Shown in pieces: positions 15,582 through 24,609 of a stretch of 64,000 bases of DNA. Each line of letters opens with the position of its first letter. The stretch's first letter is position 1. Both the position numbers and the translations under genes were made by a program. This DNA is from an uncultured Anaerolineae bacterium (lineage in GTDB: Bacteria > Chloroflexota > Anaerolineae > Anaerolineales > Villigracilaceae): positions 494-64,493 of the forward strand of contig CAIVSQ010000264.1 in assembly GCA_903908605.1 (NCBI GenBank). The letters are read 5' to 3'. Under the pieces are notes generated by a model that worked only from the letters and a program-made list of their open reading frames with translations, was not told the DNA's origin and made no database searches.

Positions 15582-17807
15582 ATGATGGATTCCATCGCGA
15601 TCTTCGATGAGGTACTGATCCTGTTTTTACTAAAATGTAGCGTTTACCTGCTAATTATCTTCTTGGCATCCAAACGCTTCAGGGATTTTTCTTCGCCAGT
15701 TTTTTGGCTTTGGGGATATGCAAGTTTTAATTTCGGCCTGTTTTTATGGCAATATTGGGATAATTTAGCCATACAACTACCTGGATTGCCCCAGGTTCAT
15801 TTAAATCTGGATGCTTTTTTTTCATTGGTCTTGTGTATTTTTGTTTACCAGGCCCTGCTGTCTTTTCTCGGGAAAAAGTACCAACCTTACGCTTTTTGGG
15901 GTGGCATTGCTGGCGGTGTTTTCCTATTGTTAGTAAACGAAGAATATTATCTTATATTGGTTGGGCTGACATTTACCCTGGTCTCCATGGCTCTCTTGAT
16001 GCAGGCCATGATCAATACTCACCAGTATTTGCACCTAAACCGTCTATATTATTGGGCGCCAGTTTTAATCATTAGTGCGATTGGTGATCTATCTCAATTT
16101 TATTTTAATAATTCCTTCACCAATGATATTCGCTTGACTGGTTTGGTGTTGCTCTCGTATGTTGTAATGAAACACCGAATTCCCGACATGCGTGATTTTT
16201 TACGGATTTTATTGATCTACCTCGTGACCACCCTGGTAAGTATGGGTTTGTTCATCGGAGGTTTTTCTTTATTAAGCCTGTTTTTTGGCGTGTCGGGCTA
16301 TATCTCTCTTTTGGTTGGTGCGGGTATCGCAGTATTGCTATCCCTCCTGTACCCTCTCCAGATCAAAGTTATTCGGCGAGGAATAAATCGTATTTTTGGG
16401 TTGCAGAGTTATGACCCTGCCAGGATTCTCAGCACATACGGTGCCAGCATCAGTAACATACTTGATCTGGAAAAGCTGGCATTGGCGGCGTTTGGGGTAA
16501 TTGAAAAGGTGTTTGAAGTGGATAAGGGCTATTTATTCCTTGTCGATCCGGAGATTGGCGATCAGGAGCGCACGGTATTCAGGGTTAGCGGCGCACGTGG
16601 GATGGGGCTGTTGCCCAATGCACGCGGTGTGTTTTCCGATGACAGTCCACTGATGCGATTTTTCCTGGATAAGCGTGTAACCCTTCTACAGTATGACATT
16701 GATTTTGCTCCATGGCTTATGAACACACCAGCAGAAGACCGTCATTGGTTCAGCAGCCTGGTAATGGATGTTTACGTTCCCATTTTTTATAAGTCAGAGT
16801 GGATTGGGCTACTTGCTCTGGGGTCCAAACCCCATAACCGCTATACCGACGAGGATTTGCGCCTGCTGGAGGCGATTGCCAGTCAGACTGCGGTTGCGTT
16901 GGAAAATGCGCGCCTGGTGGAAAATTTGAAACTGCTCAACCAACGGGTTAGTGAGGCTTATGCCGATTTGGATAAGACAACCCAAGCCCTGGCAAAACTG
17001 GAAAAAACTAAATCCAACTTTATCAGTATTGCCTCGCATGAGTTGAGATCACCATTGACTGCTGCGTTAGGATACACTGAAATGATGCTTGAGGCACCCG
17101 GCTTGCCGGATGGTTTGCTCGAGATGGTGGCGGGTGTACACAAGAGCCTGCTGCGACAGCACGAGATTATCGACTCGATGTTTGATCTTGCGCAATTGGA
17201 TGCGCGCTCGAATGAATTTCAACCGTTGGAAGTGTCGATTAATGAAATCCTGCGCTCTGTGGCTGAGGAATTATCCATCATCGCGGCGGAACGGAGCCAG
17301 CTGATTATGGTTGAATTGCCGCAGCTACCTTATATTAAGGCTGACCCAGACTCGCTTCGGAAATTGTTTCATCACCTGCTGATGAATGCCATAAAATTCA
17401 CTCCCAACGGCGGTACGATTACCCTGAGTGGGAGTCAACTAGCCCCCAATACGCATGAATTGCCGGATGGTGGTGTTGAAGTGGTTGTTCAGGATACTGG
17501 CGTGGGTGTGGATCGGGATTTACAAGACATTATTTTTACAAAATTTTACCAACCCGATGAATTACTCAACCGTCATTCCACTGGAAAAACCAAATTTATG
17601 GGATCCGGGGTAGGTCTTGGTCTGGCTCTATCCCGTGGGATCGTTGAGGCGCATGGTGGGCGTATTTGGGTGGAGAGTTTGGGTTATGATGAGAAGGCCT
17701 GCCCAGGTAGTAAATTTCATGTTGTCTTACCACTGCGCCCCCAGGGTGAAAGCAGCACGGCCCGAATGAGCAGTGCCATTAAATTGCGGTTGGAAATGAA
17801 GTCGTAA
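15582..17807 (+). CDS. Sensor histidine kinase: polytopic N-terminal membrane domain, GAF, HisKA, HATPase_c
   Basis: There are about eight hydrophobic segments, then a GAF-like region, the H-box ASHELRSPLT, an N-box LLMNAIKFT and G-boxes DTGVGV / GSGVGLGL. Confidence 0.85.
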   Translation: MMDSIAIFDEVLILFLLKCSVYLLIIFLASKRFRDFSSPVFWLWGYASFNFGLFLWQYWDNLAIQLPGLPQVHLNLDAFFSLVLCIFVYQALLSFLGKKYQPYAFWGGIAGGVFLLLVNEEYYLILVGLTFTLVSMALLMQAMINTHQYLHLNRLYYWAPVLIISAIGDLSQFYFNNSFTNDIRLTGLVLLSYVVMKHRIPDMRDFLRILLIYLVTTLVSMGLFIGGFSLLSLFFGVSGYISLLVGAGIAVLLSLLYPLQIKVIRRGINRIFGLQSYDPARILSTYGASISNILDLEKLALAAFGVIEKVFEVDKGYLFLVDPEIGDQERTVFRVSGARGMGLLPNARGVFSDDSPLMRFFLDKRVTLLQYDIDFAPWLMNTPAEDRHWFSSLVMDVYVPIFYKSEWIGLLALGSKPHNRYTDEDLRLLEAIASQTAVALENARLVENLKLLNQRVSEAYADLDKTTQALAKLEKTKSNFISIASHELRSPLTAALGYTEMMLEAPGLPDGLLEMVAGVHKSLLRQHEIIDSMFDLAQLDARSNEFQPLEVSINEILRSVAEELSIIAAERSQLIMVELPQLPYIKADPDSLRKLFHHLLMNAIKFTPNGGTITLSGSQLAPNTHELPDGGVEVVVQDTGVGVDRDLQDIIFTKFYQPDELLNRHSTGKTKFMGSGVGLGLALSRGIVEAHGGRIWVESLGYDEKACPGSKFHVVLPLRPQGESSTARMSSAIKLRLEMKS

Positions 17808-17850
17808 ACGAAGAATAATTGGAGCAGGTATTGAAGATTAGAAAAAATTA

Positions 17851-17896
17851 AGAGGTCCAAATTCCACACGGTAGTGTGGAATCTGGACCTCTTTTA
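17851..17896. terminator. Bidirectional rho-independent terminator (kinase gene on +, tRNA on -)
   Basis: The hairpin gaggtccaaattccacac-ggta-gtgtggaatctggacctc is flanked by an A-run upstream and TTTT downstream. Confidence 0.6.
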
Positions 17897-17902
17897 CGCT
17901 TG

Positions 17903-17974
17903 TGCTCCCGGGCGGACTCGAACCGTCGCTTTTGGCTCCGGAGGCCAACGCTCTATCCACTGAGCTACGGGAGC
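17903..17974 (-). tRNA. tRNA-Arg (anticodon CCG)
   Basis: The reverse complement GCTCCCGTAGCTCAGTGGATAGAGCGTTGGCCTCCGGAGCCAAAAGCGACGGTTCGAGTCCGCCCGGGAGCA folds as a cloverleaf. It has a 7-bp acceptor stem, D arm GCTC/GAGC, anticodon loop CTCCGGA, T loop TTCGAGT and discriminator A. CCA is not encoded, and there is one A-C mismatch in the T stem. Confidence 0.85.
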
Positions 17975-18275
17975 GCGAAGCGGATTTTACCATAAATATC
18001 AGCTGGTCATTGTTTTAGCGGCAAGATTTTGAGTTGGAGCATTCTTCCATGGATGGAAAAGAGTTGGATCGCGAGGTTAATCTCCAATTCGGCAAACTGA
18101 TTTGTTGCCTGGTATTGAAGAGAAAAAAACAACTCGAAATTAACTGTAATGATGATCTGGTTGTTGATATTGGCTGATATTTTCCCTGGCAGATCCGTTA
18201 CGGAGATGGAACACCCAATTTGTTGCTGATGCATATTACGTGCACTTACCTTTGTAAGAGAAATTGGTTGCAAAG

Positions 18276-18320
18276 ATAAACAAAACAATGCCGCCCGGCA
18301 ATATCGCCGGCGGCATTGTT
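18276..18320 (-). terminator. Rho-independent terminator downstream of the PrsW-family gene
   Basis: On the minus strand, the stem caatgccgccggc/gccgggcggcattg (one bulge) is followed by ttttgtttatcttt. Confidence 0.5.
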
Positions 18321-18390
18321 GGAGAGCTTCAATATTCTTTAAGGGGAATACCACCGGGTGCTTGTGTGGAATCCGTTACCAATGCATGCC

Positions 18391-19380
18391 TCAGGCAGGT
18401 GCGTAAGGTGCCAAACTTGCCAACTCGGCGCGTAAATGTTCGATAATTTGTGAGTTTCCTTGCTCATCGCCCAGCTTTTGTAGCTGCTGTTTTTTGTGTG
18501 CAAGTTCAGCGCAGACCTGGTAAAAACGGATGGTAGCGCGGTAATGTCCGCCACCGAGAGCAGATAACTTCGCAAAAAACTGGTTCCAGGCCGAGCTGGC
18601 TGTGCGGTATTGATTGGCGTTGATCAGGCCAAGTTGAACTTCCTCTTGAAGTTGAACGCTGATCGTGCGCATCTCCATCCAGTTGGCCCATAAAATCACC
18701 AGGAACATGAAGGCTACACCAAACCAGTCCAGGAATGAGCCAATAAAACAAGTCATTTCGCCGAAAAAGGGGATTCCCGCCAGGGTGTTATGAAACGAAT
18801 GGGTGAACATAGCGAACCCCAAACCGATCATGGGTGCAATGACTTTTACCAGGCAAGAGCGGTTCATACGAGAAATGGCCAGCCCTATACCGGTAAACGC
18901 TGTGTAGAAGGGATGCTGCCAGCCCACCAGGATGACGCGAATGAAAACGAGTGTAAACAGCCCGGACCATCCATCGGCAGTGTAACCGCGCCAAATGTAG
19001 AGTACATTTTCGGTAGCGGCAAAGCCCAGCGCGGCGATCCCGGCATAGATAATCCCATCCAGGATAGAGTCAAATTCGCGCCGAAAGAAGAGGAAAACCA
19101 ATAGCACGGCCATTCCTTTCAAACCTTCTTCCACAAAAGGCGCGCTAATTGAACCCGTTGCAAGGTCTGAGGCTGCCTCGGATCCAGTCACGCTGAAAAC
19201 GGTGATGCCAAACAGGGTGTTGAGCAAATAAGCCCCACCGGCTGCCACCACCACACCCCACATAAAAACACCAATCAGTAGTGGCAGGGGTTCCTTTTCA
19301 TAACGATCCAGCCAGTAAAGAATATAGGCGAATAAAAACATAGGAACAAACCCAAAGAACAAAGAGGTCAAAAATGCCAT
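18391..19380 (-). CDS. PrsW-family intramembrane metalloprotease
   Basis: Polytopic membrane protein with the PrsW motifs EEGLKG and FTHSFHN. The ATG at 19380 is preceded by GAGGAG. Confidence 0.8.
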   Translation of the reverse strand: MAFLTSLFFGFVPMFLFAYILYWLDRYEKEPLPLLIGVFMWGVVVAAGGAYLLNTLFGITVFSVTGSEAASDLATGSISAPFVEEGLKGMAVLLVFLFFRREFDSILDGIIYAGIAALGFAATENVLYIWRGYTADGWSGLFTLVFIRVILVGWQHPFYTAFTGIGLAISRMNRSCLVKVIAPMIGLGFAMFTHSFHNTLAGIPFFGEMTCFIGSFLDWFGVAFMFLVILWANWMEMRTISVQLQEEVQLGLINANQYRTASSAWNQFFAKLSALGGGHYRATIRFYQVCAELAHKKQQLQKLGDEQGNSQIIEHLRAELASLAPYAPA

Positions 19381-19529
19381 GTCATTCTCCTCAAATGGTA
19401 TTAAAATATTGTATGGTGTTATTTGCACAGGCTATTTTGACTTAACGAAGTTGTAATGAAACCTATGTATTGTTTGAATGCTAGCTTGATGCTACACTGT
19501 TTTAACCTTTATCCACACTGGAAAAATCA

Positions 19530-20708
19530 ATGTCAGAAAAAATATTAATTGTTGATGATGATCTTGATACCCTGAGGCTTGTTGGCCTAATGCTTCAGAA
19601 GCAGGGTTTTCAAATTGTAGCAGCAAGTACCGGCGCACAAGGCCTGGAATTGGCACTATCTGAGTTGCCAGATTTGATCATTTTGGATGTCATGATGCCA
19701 GGCATGGATGGTTACCAGGTTGCTCGGCGTTTGAGGTCGAATGAAAAGACACTCGATATCCCGATATTAATGTTCACCGCCAAGAGCCAATTGGATGACA
19801 AGGTGAGCGGGTTTGAAGCGGGCGCGGATGACTATCTTACCAAGCCGACTCATCCGACCGAGTTACAGGCACATGTTAAAGCGCTGCTGGCACGCTCTAC
19901 CAAGGCCAAGGTGACAACCAATCCATCAAGCAAACCGCTTGAAGATACCGCGCATACAATAGGAATTATAGCAGCCCGTGGGGGCCTTGGGGTGACAACT
20001 GTGGCTGTCAACCTGGCTGGAGCTCTCTGGCAGCGTTCTGAAAAGAATGTGATTATGGCTGAATTTCGACCAGGGCAGGCCACACTCGGTTATGACTTGG
20101 GGTTTGACAAGACAACTGCGTTGACTGAATTGTTGAATACCCCCCCGCGTGAGATTACCCGCTCCATGATCGATGAAAAACTTATCAAGCGGCCGGAAGG
20201 TATCAAGGTATTGGCAGCCTCCACCAGGCCCAAAGATACCGTTTTGATCCAAAATGTGCCGCAATTTGAGGCCATTCTTGGACGCCTGGAGTACATGGCC
20301 AGGTATGTGGTGGTTGATCTCGGATCTGGGATTAGCCCGCTTACCCAAAAACTTTTGCCATCGTTTAAAGAAATTATTGTGGTGGTTGAACCATTTGAGA
20401 ATTCCCTGCGACAATCCAAGGAATTGATCGATGACCTGGCTGAGATGGGCGTCAATAAAGAACACCTGTATGTTTTAGCCAATTACCGTCTGCGCTCGGA
20501 TACCCCTCAACTCTCCGTGACTCAAATGCAGCTGCTTCTACCGGTCCCAATCGATGGGAGCCTGACGCCGGCACCAGAGCTCTACCAACAAGCCACACGC
20601 CGTCACCTGATTGCCAGTGTCATGATCATGGACAGCCTGACCGGCCAACAGTTTGCTACGTTGGCAGGAAAAATCGAAACCCGCAGCAGCAAACCAGCCC
20701 AGGTATGA
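19530..20708 (+). CDS. Response regulator: receiver domain fused to a ParA/MinD/CpaE-like domain with a degenerate P-loop
   Basis: The REC domain is intact (DD at residues 9-10, phospho-acceptor D in LIILDVMMPGMDG, T in MFTAKS, K in YLTKP). The second domain is ParA-like, but Walker A reads ARGGLGVTT instead of KGGxGKT[T/S]. Walker B-like VVVDLGSG is present. Confidence 0.8.
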   Translation: MSEKILIVDDDLDTLRLVGLMLQKQGFQIVAASTGAQGLELALSELPDLIILDVMMPGMDGYQVARRLRSNEKTLDIPILMFTAKSQLDDKVSGFEAGADDYLTKPTHPTELQAHVKALLARSTKAKVTTNPSSKPLEDTAHTIGIIAARGGLGVTTVAVNLAGALWQRSEKNVIMAEFRPGQATLGYDLGFDKTTALTELLNTPPREITRSMIDEKLIKRPEGIKVLAASTRPKDTVLIQNVPQFEAILGRLEYMARYVVVDLGSGISPLTQKLLPSFKEIIVVVEPFENSLRQSKELIDDLAEMGVNKEHLYVLANYRLRSDTPQLSVTQMQLLLPVPIDGSLTPAPELYQQATRRHLIASVMIMDSLTGQQFATLAGKIETRSSKPAQV

Positions 20709-21502
20709 CCGCATTTTCCAGTCAGTTACTGGATGGGATTGAATTCGCCGCTGAGTTATTACGAGAGGCCCGCCATGCCGTTATTTTGACGGGGGCGGGC
20801 CTTTCTACACCTTCCGGCATCCCAGATTTCCGCTCGGAGGGAACTGGTTTGTGGGCAAATGATCAGCCGTTGGAAGTTGCCTCTTTGCTGACATTTCGTA
20901 CTCACCCAGAAGAATTTTTTAATTGGTTTCGCCCGCTGGTTGGCCAAATTTTTAACGCCAAACCAAACGCGGCTCACCTGGCCCTGGCGCAGTTGGAAGC
21001 AGGCGGATTTTTACAATCAGTTATTACCCAGAATATTGATATGCTGCACCATAAAGCTGGGTCCAACCGGGTGATGGAACTGCACGGTACATTGCGCACC
21101 CTGTCGTGTACGCAGTGTTACCGCCAGTTTGGTTATGAAAATTACCTGCCTGCCTTCGTAGAGAATGGTAAAATCCCTCATTGCCCGGTGTGTGCGGCAC
21201 TTCTCAAACCCGATGTCATCCTCTTCGGCGAACAGCTCCCTCAACTAAAATTGATGGAAGCTCAGCGAGAAGCGCGGAAATGTGATTTAATGATCGTGAT
21301 TGGTTCCTCGCTTGAGGTTCTACCGGTTGCCGGGTTGCCTATGCAATCTATTGACCGGGGTGCGCATTTAATCATTATCAATAATTCTGCCACTTACCTG
21401 AATGTCCGCGCCGATATTGTCTTACCAGAGGATGTCGCCAGAATAATCCCTGCAATTGCAGAGCGTGTACTCCATGACAAACCCAAACACAAAGTTAATT
21501 GA
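20705..21502 (+). CDS. cobB: NAD-dependent protein deacylase, Sir2 family (class U/III sirtuin with zinc ribbon)
   Basis: GAGLSTPSGIPDFRS, QNIDMLH, ELHG (catalytic His), zinc ligands CTQC...CPVC and GSSLEV. There is a 4-nt overlap with the upstream regulator gene. Confidence 0.9.
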   Translation: MTAFSSQLLDGIEFAAELLREARHAVILTGAGLSTPSGIPDFRSEGTGLWANDQPLEVASLLTFRTHPEEFFNWFRPLVGQIFNAKPNAAHLALAQLEAGGFLQSVITQNIDMLHHKAGSNRVMELHGTLRTLSCTQCYRQFGYENYLPAFVENGKIPHCPVCAALLKPDVILFGEQLPQLKLMEAQREARKCDLMIVIGSSLEVLPVAGLPMQSIDRGAHLIIINNSATYLNVRADIVLPEDVARIIPAIAERVLHDKPKHKVN

Positions 21503-22652
21503 CCGTTACAAACGAATGTTGGAAATTTCAAGGGACCTTGCTTCAACATTGGAGCTGGATCCCCTCTTGAATCGCATTATTGAGGCAGCCAAGGACATCA
21601 CCGAATCAGAAGCGGCCTCGATCTTACTTTATGATTCCGCAGCAGCCCAATTGCACTTCCAGGTTGCAACGAATATGGATCCGATGATGCGCGGTATTAG
21701 TGTCCCGATGGATAGCATCGCCGGATGGATCATTACAAATCGTGAACCCGTTCGAATTGCGGATGTGTCCAAGGATACCCGTCATTTTAACAAAGTCGGG
21801 AAAAAACTCAGTTTCGATACTCGCAGCCTGATCGGTGTACCGCTTATTACCAAGGACAAGGTGATTGGGGTTCTGGAAGTTATCAATAAGGCCCGGGGTG
21901 AATATTCCGAAACGGATGAGGATTTGTTGACGGTGATCGGCGCCCAGGCGGCGGTGGCGATTGAGAATACCCGCCTGTTTCAACAATCCGACCTGATCGC
22001 GGAATTTGTGCATGAGTTGCGAACGCCACTGGCTTCGCTCAGTACTGCGACCTATCTACTGACTCGCCCCGAAATTTCACGCGAACAGTCGCAACAAATT
22101 ACAGCCAATATTCATTCCGAAACTTTACGCCTGAGTGCACTGGCATCGGCTTTCCTGGATTTAGCCAGGCTGGAATCGGGCCGGGTGATTTACCAGAAAT
22201 CTGTTTTCCCGATCATGCCACTTTTTGTCGAATGCAAAACCACCATGCAAGCCAAGGCGGATGAAACCGCCATAGAAATTGAGCTGGTGGTGCCTGCGGA
22301 TATGCCGGAAGTGGAAGGGGATCGTAATAAGTTAAAACAGGTTTTGTTGAACCTGATCAGCAATGCGATTAAGTACAATCGACAGGCTGGCAAGGTCGTG
22401 GTGACTGCCGGGTTTCATGCTCGAACCTGGTCAATTTCTGTCGTCGATAGCGGTTATGGCATTCCAGAAGAAGCCATTCCCAATCTTTTTCAGAAATTTT
22501 ACCGCGTCAAGGGTATGGAGACCAAGGTGGCAGGAACTGGCCTGGGGTTATCAATTTGCAAAGGCATCGTTCAAGGCCATGGGGGCACGATTGAAGTAAC
22601 TAGCAAGGTCAATGAAGGTACCACATTCAACGTGGTGTTACCAAGAAAATAA
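21474..22652 (+). CDS. Cytoplasmic GAF-domain sensor histidine kinase
   Basis: GAF region, H-box VHELRTPLA, N-box LISNAIKYN and G-boxes DSGYGI / GTGLGL, with no TM segment. The start is uncertain (TTG 21456, ATG 21474 or ATG 21516), and the first two overlap the sirtuin gene. Confidence 0.8.
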   Translation: MTNPNTKLIDRYKRMLEISRDLASTLELDPLLNRIIEAAKDITESEAASILLYDSAAAQLHFQVATNMDPMMRGISVPMDSIAGWIITNREPVRIADVSKDTRHFNKVGKKLSFDTRSLIGVPLITKDKVIGVLEVINKARGEYSETDEDLLTVIGAQAAVAIENTRLFQQSDLIAEFVHELRTPLASLSTATYLLTRPEISREQSQQITANIHSETLRLSALASAFLDLARLESGRVIYQKSVFPIMPLFVECKTTMQAKADETAIEIELVVPADMPEVEGDRNKLKQVLLNLISNAIKYNRQAGKVVVTAGFHARTWSISVVDSGYGIPEEAIPNLFQKFYRVKGMETKVAGTGLGLSICKGIVQGHGGTIEVTSKVNEGTTFNVVLPRK

Positions 22653-22659
22653 CCGGCGA

Positions 22660-23613
22660 TTACGGGCGCAGTAGTACCTTTAGTACGCCTCGTTCGGCCG
22701 CGGTTTCAAAAGCCTGTAACCCATCTGCCAGGCGGTATTCCCGCGTATTGATGATGGACGGATCAACCAATTTTTGCTGCATCAGGCGCAGGGCGGGCTC
22801 AAATGATCCACAGCGCGAACCAACAATGTTAATTTCGTCCACCACAATCGATGATAGGTTGACGGTTATTTCCCCTTTGTACGTGCTTTTCAATACCAGC
22901 GTGCCGCGTGGCCGGATAGCTTTGCGTGCCAATAAAAAGCCATCCGTGGAACCGGTGGCTTCAACCACAACATCCCATCGCCAGGGTTGGATATCCTCTT
23001 CGTCAATCAGCCGTATGTTTTGTTTCTCCAGTAGTTGTTTCTGAAGTGGGTGCCTGGCAACCACTCGTAGGGCTGCGCCACTGAGGGTCAGGGTCTGGGC
23101 AATTAGTTGTCCCAATCTACCAGCACCGATCAACAGCACCCGGTCACTGGGATGAATGTGAACCTGTTCCAGGATTTCGGCTGCGGCTGCCAACGGTTCG
23201 GTCAAGACCGCCATTTCATCCGGGATTTCATCTGGGACGAGATGAAGATTGTTAACTGGCAGCGTTGTATATTCCGCGAAAATGCCATCTCTACGGGCAA
23301 TGCCCAGGACAGTACGGTTTTCGCAGTGGGTGTGGCGTCCATTCAGACATTGTTCACAATTGCCACAGCTTGCATTGATTTCACCGACTACGCGCCGGCC
23401 GACCAACGATTGGTCACTGCCGGGTTGGGAAACGACTTCTCCGACGAATTCGTGCCCGGGGATACCGGTGAAAGGGTAATAGCCCTTGATAAGTTCAAGA
23501 TCGGTGCCGCAGATACCTGCCAGGCGGACACGAACCAGGGCTTCATTTTCATTTTGTGGGACGGGTACTTCGCGCAGGCTCAGCGTGTTATTTTCCAACC
23601 AGAGTGATTTCAT
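22660..23613 (-). CDS. Zinc-dependent alcohol dehydrogenase family (MDR) oxidoreductase
   Basis: GICGTDLE, GHEFVGEV, a structural-zinc Cys cluster CGNCEQCLNGRHTHC and a Rossmann motif LIGAGRLG. Confidence 0.85.
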   Translation of the reverse strand: MKSLWLENNTLSLREVPVPQNENEALVRVRLAGICGTDLELIKGYYPFTGIPGHEFVGEVVSQPGSDQSLVGRRVVGEINASCGNCEQCLNGRHTHCENRTVLGIARRDGIFAEYTTLPVNNLHLVPDEIPDEMAVLTEPLAAAAEILEQVHIHPSDRVLLIGAGRLGQLIAQTLTLSGAALRVVARHPLQKQLLEKQNIRLIDEEDIQPWRWDVVVEATGSTDGFLLARKAIRPRGTLVLKSTYKGEITVNLSSIVVDEINIVGSRCGSFEPALRLMQQKLVDPSIINTREYRLADGLQAFETAAERGVLKVLLRP

Positions 23614-23627
23614 TGAATACCTGCCTG

Positions 23628-24593
23628 TTAAGAATTGGTGGATGATTTTTTGCTTGTTAAGAAAACTTCCAATCGGTCGCCACCATTATTCTTGGCGATG
23701 TGCAGCGCCTGGTCGGCACGGTTGAGCAGGTCTTCGCGGCTCTCTCTGCCAATACGATATTGGGCGATGCCAACGCTGATTCTCACAGCCGGGATGGCTG
23801 ACCCTTCCAATTTGACTTGCATGGTGCGGATTTTTTCTAGAACGCGATTGGCAACCACCAGCGAATTGGTCTTATTTGTCGAGGGTAATACGAATAGAAA
23901 CTCGTCCCCGCCGATGCGTCCCAGTCTGTCAATTTGCCGGATGCAGGTCAGTAATTCGCAGGCTACCTGGGTTAGCACCTGGTCACCCGCTGCGTGGCCC
24001 AGATTGGAGTTTATGGAAAGAAAATTATCGATATCTACAAGCAGGATGGTCAACGGTTTATGATAGCGATCACTACGCATGATCTCCAATTGCAGATCGA
24101 TTAGCACTCGCTTTCGATTAGGAAGGAAGGTAAGTGCGTCGGTGTACGAAATTTCATCCACCTGCGCCAGCAGCGATTCAAGCTCAATTTGCTTGAGTGC
24201 GTGATTGCGACGTGATTCCTCAAGTTCAAGGCGGGCTTTGATCAATTCATCATCCCAGGAAATATGCGAAAACTCGGCGCAAAAAAGAAAGCGACCGTTG
24301 GTCAAAGGGAGAAGCAGGCAGTTATTTTCTTCCCGCTTTGAACCGAGTAAAAATTCAAGGTGAGTTTGGCGGATTTCGTTCGCGGAGAGCATGATTTCAA
24401 AGTGCGGCTGGCTAGAGTTGGAAAGCAGCTCCTGGATACTTCTTGCTGCCTGGTTACGCCCCATTACTTTGTCGAAGGCTGGGTTCCACTCCAACAAATT
24501 TCCGGAGGAATCAATCAAAACCACAGCGCACTGCGTGTATCCAAGAAAGGCGGCTGGTTTGAGTGATGAAAATTCTTTTTCAAGATTGTCCAT
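23628..24593 (-). CDS. PAS-like sensor / GGDEF diguanylate cyclase
   Basis: RIGGDEF active-site motif with a preceding coiled-coil and a PAS-like N-terminus. The ATG at 24593 has a GGGAGA RBS and avoids the 44-nt overlap with mutL implied by the longer ORF. Confidence 0.8.
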   Translation of the reverse strand: MDNLEKEFSSLKPAAFLGYTQCAVVLIDSSGNLLEWNPAFDKVMGRNQAARSIQELLSNSSQPHFEIMLSANEIRQTHLEFLLGSKREENNCLLLPLTNGRFLFCAEFSHISWDDELIKARLELEESRRNHALKQIELESLLAQVDEISYTDALTFLPNRKRVLIDLQLEIMRSDRYHKPLTILLVDIDNFLSINSNLGHAAGDQVLTQVACELLTCIRQIDRLGRIGGDEFLFVLPSTNKTNSLVVANRVLEKIRTMQVKLEGSAIPAVRISVGIAQYRIGRESREDLLNRADQALHIAKNNGGDRLEVFLTSKKSSTNS

Positions 24594-24609
24594 GTGAGTC
24601 TCCCATATA

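Noticed and set aside
17975-18354. The 115-aa ORF (18007-18354 -) and the possibility of an integrated element next to tRNA-Arg.
   Set aside because: The ORF product looks non-protein-like and overlaps the PrsW-gene terminator hairpin. I saw no integrase, direct repeat of the tRNA 3' end or other mobile-element genes flanking the tRNA. The region is more simply the tRNA promoter and spacer.
20705-21502. The Sir2-domain protein as an anti-phage NADase effector (Thoeris ThsA, DSR or SIR2-HerA type).
   Set aside because: It is a short canonical sirtuin with an intact Zn-ribbon (CTQC...CPVC) and standard deacylase motifs. It has no SLOG, TIR, helicase or HerA partner or fusion. Its context is a two-component system, so a regulatory deacylase role is far more likely.
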